NCBI GenBank assembly: GCA_965242855.1
Contig: OZ251509.1
Span: 2,513,648 to 2,577,647 of the forward strand
From: Alphaproteobacteria bacterium
Lineage (GTDB): Bacteria > Pseudomonadota > Alphaproteobacteria > UBA828
Length of the DNA stretch: 64,000 bases
Direction: 5' to 3'
A program made the translations under genes and the position numbers. Position 1 is the stretch's first letter, and every line of letters starts with the position of its first letter. Of the stretch, positions 58,428-64,000 are shown piece after piece. The notes beneath the pieces were generated by a model. That model ran no database searches. It had not been told where the DNA came from and worked only from the letters and a program-made list of their open reading frames with translations.

Positions 58428-59477
58428 CTAGAGCCCGAGTCGCTCCCGCGTGAGGCGGATGAGGCGGGCGAGGCCCAGGGGCTCGACGATCAGGAACAGG
58501 ATGATCATGCCGCCGAAGATGATCACTTCGATGTGCTTGGCGAGGTCGGAGGCGATGTCGATGCCGGTGAGAGAGGGAATGTTGGTGAGGAAAATCGGCA
58601 CGATCGTGATGAAGGCGGCGCCCAGGATCGAGCCGGCGATCGAGCCGAGGCCGCCGACGATGATCATGAAGAGCACGAGGAAGGAGACGTTGACATCGAA
58701 AGCCAGGGTCTCCGCGCTCCCCAGATAGAGGAAGACCAGGAGCGCGCCGGCGACGCCGCACAGGTAGGAACTCACGGCGAAGGCGAGGAGCTTCGTGCGC
58801 AGCAGCGGGATGCCGACGATCTCCGCCGCCACGTCCATGTCGCGCACCGCCATCCAGGCGCGCCCGAAGCGGCTCCGCACCAGATTGCGTGCGACGAAGA
58901 CGAAGAGTGCGACGAAGGCGAGGGCCGCGAGATAGCGCACCTCGGCCGTGGCCTCGGGACCGGTGACCATCACCCCCGCGAAGGTGCGCGGCGGTGCGGA
59001 GATCGTGCCGGAGGGATTGTGATTGTAGAACCAGGGCACCCGGTTGAACAACCAGATCAGGAAGAACTGGGCGGCCAGCGTCGCCACCGCCAGATAGAAG
59101 CCCTTGATGCGCAGGCTCGGCAGCCCGAACAGGATGCCGACTCCGGCCGCGAAGAAGCCGGAGAGAAAGAAGACGGCGATGACGTTGAGCTCGGGCCAGC
59201 CGGTCGCCATCTTGTAGGCGGCATAGGCGCCGACCGCCATGAAGCCGCCGGTGCCGAGTGACAGCTGCCCGGCGAAGCCGGTGAGCAGGTTCAGGCCGAG
59301 GGCCGCCACCGAGAAGACCAGGAACGGGATCAGGATGGCCTGGAGCCAGTACTCGTTCGCGACCAGAGGCACCGCGACGAAGGCGAGCACCGCGACCAGA
59401 CCCACGAAGCCCATGTCGATCGCCCGCGAGCGGCCGGCGAAGAGCGAGCCGAAAAGCGCGGAAGCCGCGGCGCGCAT
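58428..59477 (-). CDS. livM: Branched-chain amino-acid ABC transporter permease (LivM-like)
   Basis: Multi-transmembrane LivM-family sequence. The ATG at 59477 gives MRAAASALFG. Confidence 0.85.
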   Translation of the reverse strand: MRAAASALFGSLFAGRSRAIDMGFVGLVAVLAFVAVPLVANEYWLQAILIPFLVFSVAALGLNLLTGFAGQLSLGTGGFMAVGAYAAYKMATGWPELNVIAVFFLSGFFAAGVGILFGLPSLRIKGFYLAVATLAAQFFLIWLFNRVPWFYNHNPSGTISAPPRTFAGVMVTGPEATAEVRYLAALAFVALFVFVARNLVRSRFGRAWMAVRDMDVAAEIVGIPLLRTKLLAFAVSSYLCGVAGALLVFLYLGSAETLAFDVNVSFLVLFMIIVGGLGSIAGSILGAAFITIVPIFLTNIPSLTGIDIASDLAKHIEVIIFGGMIILFLIVEPLGLARLIRLTRERLGL

Positions 59478-59485
59478 GGCCGGCT

Positions 59486-60421
59486 TCACACCCGCTCGAT
59501 GAGCTTTTCGCCGAACAGGCCCTGGGGCCGGAACAGCAACGCCACCATGGCGATCATGTAGGCGAACCAGTTCTCGATCGCGCCGCCGATCACCGGCCCC
59601 CAATAGATCTCGGCGATCTTCTCGCCGCAGCCGATGATCAGACCGCCGACGATGGCACCGGGCACCGAGGTGAGGCCGCCCAGGATCAACACCGGCAACG
59701 CCTTGAGGGCGATCAACGACAGGCTGAACTGCACGCCGCTCTTGGCCCCCCACATGACGCCCGCCACGATGGCGACGATGCCGGCGACCGACCAGACGAC
59801 GATCCAGATGGTCCGCAGCGAGATGCCGATCGAGAGCGCCGCCTGCGGATCATCGGCCACGGCGCGCAGGGCGCGGCCGATCGGCGTGTGCTGGAAGAGG
59901 AGCGCCAGGGTCGCGACGAGCGCCGCCGCCACGGCCGCTGCGATCAGGTCGAACTCGTTCAGCAGCATCCCCGCGATCTCGACCGGCCCGTCCGGAATCC
60001 CGATGTCGAGCGCCTTCACGTTGGCGCCCCATGCCCATTCGCCGGCACCTTCCAGAAGGAAGCTCAGGCCGATGGTCGCCATGAACAGCGTGATCGGCGG
60101 CTGATTGATCAGCGGGCGCAGGACCCCGCGCTCGATGCCGACGGCAAGTGCCACCATGACGGCGGCCGTGGCCGGCACCGCCGCCCACACCGGAAGGCCG
60201 TATTCCATCAGCCCGACGAGGGTGAGCGCCGCGAAGAGCACCATGGCGCCCTGGGCGAAGTTGAAGACCTGGGACGCCTTGAAGATGAGGACGAAGCCGA
60301 GCGCTACCAGGGAATACATCACGCCGGTCAGCAGCCCGGTGAGCGCGACCTCTCCGAAGAACATCGGATAGGCGATCATGTCGAGGAAGGGCGCGACGAA
60401 GAAGGCCTCGAGCGCCCCCAT
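59486..60421 (-). CDS. livH: Branched-chain amino-acid ABC transporter permease (LivH-like)
   Basis: Transmembrane profile. The ATG at 60421 gives MGALEAFFV and shows an ATGA overlap with livG. Confidence 0.85.
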   Translation of the reverse strand: MGALEAFFVAPFLDMIAYPMFFGEVALTGLLTGVMYSLVALGFVLIFKASQVFNFAQGAMVLFAALTLVGLMEYGLPVWAAVPATAAVMVALAVGIERGVLRPLINQPPITLFMATIGLSFLLEGAGEWAWGANVKALDIGIPDGPVEIAGMLLNEFDLIAAAVAAALVATLALLFQHTPIGRALRAVADDPQAALSIGISLRTIWIVVWSVAGIVAIVAGVMWGAKSGVQFSLSLIALKALPVLILGGLTSVPGAIVGGLIIGCGEKIAEIYWGPVIGGAIENWFAYMIAMVALLFRPQGLFGEKLIERV

Positions 60422-61236
60422 CACGCGCCCCCTTCGTGCACCACCCCGAGATAGGCGTCGATCACGGCTTGGTTCGCGCGCACTTCGTCGGGGCTTCCGT
60501 CCGCGATCTTGCGGCCGTAGTCGAGCACGACGATGTGGTCGGAGAGCTCCATGACGACGCCCATGTCGTGCTCGATCAGGGCGATGGTCGTCCCGAACCG
60601 CGCCTTGGTATCGAGGATGAAGCGACACATCTCCGCCTTCTCGCCGGCGTTCATCCCCGCCATGGGTTCGTCGAGCAACAGCAGGTCGGGCTCCGCCGCC
60701 AGCGCGCGGGCGAGCTCGACCCGCTTTTGCAGGCCGTAGGGCAGGCGGCCCACCGGGGTGTCGCGGATCGAATCGATCTCGAGGAAGCGGACGACCTCCT
60801 CGGCCGCCGCGCGGTGGCGCGCCTCCTCCGCCCACGCCGGGCCCGCCGGCAACATGCAGGCGAGGAAATTGCTCCGCATCTTGAGGTTGCGCCCGGCCAT
60901 GACGTTGTCGAGCGTGCTCATGCCCTTGAACAGCGCGACGTTCTGGAAGGTGCGTGCGATGCCCGAGGCGGCAGCCTCGCGCGGGCGCATCCGCCGGCGT
61001 GTGCGCCCCTTGAAGACGATGACGCCGCCAGTCGGCTGGTAGGCGCCGTTCAGGACGTTGAGCATGGAGGTCTTGCCAGCACCGTTGGGGCCGATGATGG
61101 CGCAGATTTCGCCGCTGGCGATGGTGAAGCCGACTCCGGCCAAGGCCTGGACGCCGCCGAAGCGGAGGGTGACGTTCTCGACGGTGAGCAGCGGCTCTCC
61201 CGGCGCGGGGCGGTCCGGCACCCCCCCCTTCGTCAT
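60421..61236 (-). CDS. livG: Branched-chain amino-acid ABC transporter ATP-binding protein (LivG-like)
   Basis: The ATG at 61236 gives MTKGGV. Walker A GPNGAGKTS and signature LPYGLQKRVE. Confidence 0.85.
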   Translation of the reverse strand: MTKGGVPDRPAPGEPLLTVENVTLRFGGVQALAGVGFTIASGEICAIIGPNGAGKTSMLNVLNGAYQPTGGVIVFKGRTRRRMRPREAAASGIARTFQNVALFKGMSTLDNVMAGRNLKMRSNFLACMLPAGPAWAEEARHRAAAEEVVRFLEIDSIRDTPVGRLPYGLQKRVELARALAAEPDLLLLDEPMAGMNAGEKAEMCRFILDTKARFGTTIALIEHDMGVVMELSDHIVVLDYGRKIADGSPDEVRANQAVIDAYLGVVHEGGA

Positions 61237-61376
61237 CCCGCCGAGGGCGGCGCGGACCGAGGTCCAGGCGCCGGCGGCGCTCCCCGTCACGCGCCTTCCT
61301 CCGCTGCGCGGATGCGCGCTCGCCGTGCCGACGTGTTCCCTTCTCCGCTCGGCCGGCGTCGCGTCAAAGGCGCGGC

Positions 61377-62489
61377 TCAGGCGTCGGGCAGATCGAAATT
61401 GTAAAAGCGCGCGCAATTGTCGCAGGTGATGTCGCGGCGCGTCCGTTCGTCGAGATGGCCGAACACGCGGTCGATGACGGCCCGAGTGTCGGGATAGGTG
61501 CAGCGCGCGTGGGGGAAGTCCGATCCCCACATGATGGTCTTCGGGTCGATCACGTCCAGCACCTTGTCCAGATAGGGGTCGTCGATCAGCCCATGGTAGA
61601 TCTGCCGGAGATACTCTTCGACCGGCTTCCTGATCTTCGGGATGTCCAGCGCCGGGCCGAAGTCGTTCTGGATTTGCCTGGCGCGGAACAGCCAGTAGGG
61701 AAGCCAGGACACCTCGTATTCCGACAGGACCAGCTTCAGCCGTTCGAAGCGGTCGAGAATGCCGCCGAAGATGAACTCGTTGGCGAGCACGGGGCCGGCC
61801 TCGGCGAGCACGCCGATGGTGCGCCGCGCCATGTCGATGCGGTCCGGCCCGTGCAGGGTGAAAGGGTCGACCTCGTTGCCGGTGATGATGTGGAGCGTCA
61901 CCGGCTGCTCCAGCTCCTGGGCCCGCGCCCAGAAGGGATCGTAGCGCCGATCCTGGAAGCGCGGCCATTCGGGGCGGGCGTCGCAGTTGATGATGACGCT
62001 CTTGAGGCCGCGCTTCGCGGTGCGCTCCAGCTCCCGGCAGGCCCAGTCCACGTCCGCCAGATGGATCATCGAGGTGCCGTAGAGCCGCTTCGGTGCGTGG
62101 CCGCAATATTCGGCGAGCCAGTCGTTGAACACTTGGCAGAGGTCCTGGACGAGGCGGTCGTCGCGCGCCCGCATGGCGTAGAGCATCCAGGTGGAGTTGA
62201 CGATCTCGCCGTGGACGCCGTCCTCGTCCATGCAGCCCAGGCGGATCGCGGGGTCGGTGCCCGAGCCGACCAGCTTCTTCTGCAACTCCTCGTCGCCTTC
62301 GACGATCTCGTCCACGCGGACGTATTCGATGCCGGTGAAGAAGTGGTCGGCCCGGACGCCGGCATGTTCGCTCACCATGCGCGGCACGGCGTCGCCGTAG
62401 CGGGCGCCCAGCGGCCTGGTCCAGAGGTCCGCAGGCTCGATGACGTGCGAATCGCCGGAAATGACGAAGGAGGCGCCGTTCCCTGCCAT
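61377..62489 (-). CDS. Amidohydrolase-2 family metal-dependent hydrolase
   Basis: N-terminal ISGDSHVIEP and metal-binding His/Asp residues typical of PF04909 (ACMSD-like). Confidence 0.72.
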   Translation of the reverse strand: MAGNGASFVISGDSHVIEPADLWTRPLGARYGDAVPRMVSEHAGVRADHFFTGIEYVRVDEIVEGDEELQKKLVGSGTDPAIRLGCMDEDGVHGEIVNSTWMLYAMRARDDRLVQDLCQVFNDWLAEYCGHAPKRLYGTSMIHLADVDWACRELERTAKRGLKSVIINCDARPEWPRFQDRRYDPFWARAQELEQPVTLHIITGNEVDPFTLHGPDRIDMARRTIGVLAEAGPVLANEFIFGGILDRFERLKLVLSEYEVSWLPYWLFRARQIQNDFGPALDIPKIRKPVEEYLRQIYHGLIDDPYLDKVLDVIDPKTIMWGSDFPHARCTYPDTRAVIDRVFGHLDERTRRDITCDNCARFYNFDLPDA

Positions 62490-62493
62490 GTTC

Positions 62494-63528
62494 CTAGTCC
62501 CTGAGCATGAGGAGCAGTTTCTGCCGGTAGTTGTCGGCGATCACCGCAAGGATCAACAGGATGCCGACCACTACCATCTGCAGATAGGAACTCATGCGCA
62601 GCAGGTTCATGCCGTTCTGAACGAGGATGATGAAGATCGCGCCCAGGACGACGTTGGGCAGGCGCCCGGTGCCGCCGAACAGGCTGACGCCGCCGATCAC
62701 GCAGGCGGCGATCGAGAGCAGGGGATATTCCTTGCCGATGTTGCCCTCGCCGCTTTCGAGGCGGGCCGTCAGCATGAGCGCCCCGATGGTGGTGATGCCG
62801 GCGCACACGACATAGGCCATGAAGAGATAGAAGCGCGTGCTGATGCCGGAAAGCTGCGAGGCCTTGAGGTTGCCGCCGAGCGCGTAGAGGTAGCGCCCCA
62901 TCCGCGTCCAGTTGAGGAAGACGTACATCAGGATGATGAAGCCGATGGTGATCCACACCGGAACCGGGAGCATCAGCTTGCCCGGCCAGATGCCGTATCC
63001 GAGGAAGTTCGCGAATTCGTCCGGCATTCCGTAAACGGGCGTCCCGCCCGTGATCATGAGGGCGATGCCGAACACGATGGACGACATGGCGAGCGTCATC
63101 ATGAAGGGCGGGACCCGGAAAACCGCCACCCCGATGCCGTTCAGCACCCCGATTCCCGTGCCGGCCCCGAGCCCGGCCAGACAGCCCACGATGATCGCGA
63201 CCGTGGCCGCGCTCTCGCCGTCCCACATGCCGACCATGGCCATGGAGGTGATCACCGAGACCATGGCGAACATGACGCCGACGGAAAGATCGAGGCCCGC
63301 CGTGAGCAGCACCACCATCTGCCCCATGGACACCATCACCAGATAGGTCGCCTGGCGGACGACGTTGATGAGGTTCCGCTCGCTGAAGAAGTTGTCGGTG
63401 CTGATGGCGAAGAAGATGATCGCGACGACCAGGAACCACGGCAGCACGCCGGCGCGCACGAACACGAGCGTCGCCAGATGCTCCGCCCTCTCCAGCGGCG
63501 TCGGCTGGTCCCGCGTGACGTCGGCCAT
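62494..63528 (-). CDS. Sugar ABC transporter permease (RbsC/AraH family)
   Basis: Roughly ten transmembrane segments and family-conserved loops. Confidence 0.85.
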   Translation of the reverse strand: MADVTRDQPTPLERAEHLATLVFVRAGVLPWFLVVAIIFFAISTDNFFSERNLINVVRQATYLVMVSMGQMVVLLTAGLDLSVGVMFAMVSVITSMAMVGMWDGESAATVAIIVGCLAGLGAGTGIGVLNGIGVAVFRVPPFMMTLAMSSIVFGIALMITGGTPVYGMPDEFANFLGYGIWPGKLMLPVPVWITIGFIILMYVFLNWTRMGRYLYALGGNLKASQLSGISTRFYLFMAYVVCAGITTIGALMLTARLESGEGNIGKEYPLLSIAACVIGGVSLFGGTGRLPNVVLGAIFIILVQNGMNLLRMSSYLQMVVVGILLILAVIADNYRQKLLLMLRD

Positions 63529-63544
63529 TATCTCCCTCCCCCGC

Positions 63545-64000
63545 TCACGCTGCGGCCTCCTTCTCGAAGAAGTGGCTCAACACCGTCTGTTCGGAAATTT
63601 CCGCTTGGTCGAGCTCGGCGCGCAGCTCACCCCGGTACATCACATAAGCGCGATGCGTGAGGTGCAGGATCTCCGGCAGGTCCGAGGAGATCAGCAGGAT
63701 GCCCGCGCCGGCCTCGCAGAGGTCGCGAATGAACTCGTAGATCGCCACGCGCGCGCCGACGTCGACGCCGACCGTCGGCTCGTCGAAGACGAACAGCTTG
63801 ACGTCGCGCACCAGGGATTTCCCTACCAGCACCTTCTGCTGGTTGCCGCCCGAAAAGTGCTCGAGATCCCGTTCGATGTTGAGCGGCATGAGGTCCAGGT
63901 CGCGCGCGATGTCCTTGACGATCTTCCGCTCGCTGGCCCGGCGCAGGAAGGCGCGGTTGGAGAACTTGGAGAGGCCGAGCGACGGCAGCGCCACATTCTC
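63545..64000 (-). CDS. Sugar ABC transporter ATP-binding protein, C-terminal second NBD. The gene runs past the window end.
   Basis: LSGGNQQKV signature and Walker B LFVFDEPTVGVD. Confidence 0.8.
   Translation of the reverse strand, partial: ENVALPSLGLSKFSNRAFLRRASERKIVKDIARDLDLMPLNIERDLEHFSGGNQQKVLVGKSLVRDVKLFVFDEPTVGVDVGARVAIYEFIRDLCEAGAGILLISSDLPEILHLTHRAYVMYRGELRAELDQAEISEQTVLSHFFEKEAAA

Overview
This 64-kb window is very GC-rich (about 70%) and reads as an alphaproteobacterial chromosome. Its backbone is conserved housekeeping synteny. On the minus strand: ftsH (partial), tilS, cpoB/ybgF, pal, tolB, tolA, tolR, tolQ, ybgC, ruvB, ruvA, ruvC and yebC. On the plus strand: a popZ-like gene, valS, ilvD, a metC-like gene, rpmH, rnpA, yidD, yidC, engB and argB. 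A Liv-type branched-chain amino-acid ABC operon and part of a sugar ABC transporter lie at the 3' end. Four accessory segments stand out between these blocks:
(a) An F420-related cluster with cofE and cofD, an LLM-class oxidoreductase and three PPOX-family genes (about 15.1-20.2 kb).
(b) A defense island (about 28.3-36.2 kb). It opens with REP-like palindromic repeats and carries a 1374-aa single-chain Type IIG restriction-modification enzyme. That is followed by a translationally coupled cassette: a DUF262 protein, an ABC-type AAA ATPase with a DUF3696-like C-terminus, and a 319-aa protein with no recognisable motif. The DUF262 gene has visibly lower GC than the flanks. This cassette is the best candidate for an undescribed or poorly described defense system in the window.
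(c) An overlapping pair of Arch_ATPase-type NTPase genes preceded by an AT-rich palindromic element (39.8-43.6 kb). The second gene also has a winged helix-turn-helix (wHTH) and six near-identical 129-bp in-frame tandem repeats (43-aa TPR-like units). It is a STAND-like two-gene module of unknown function.
(d) A low-GC cassette of two overlapping small unknown genes (54.9-55.6 kb).
The window contains one tRNA-Leu(TAA). No IS elements, integrases, CRISPR arrays or rRNA genes were seen. Many long ORFs in the six-frame track are GC-driven antisense or out-of-frame artefacts and were discarded.
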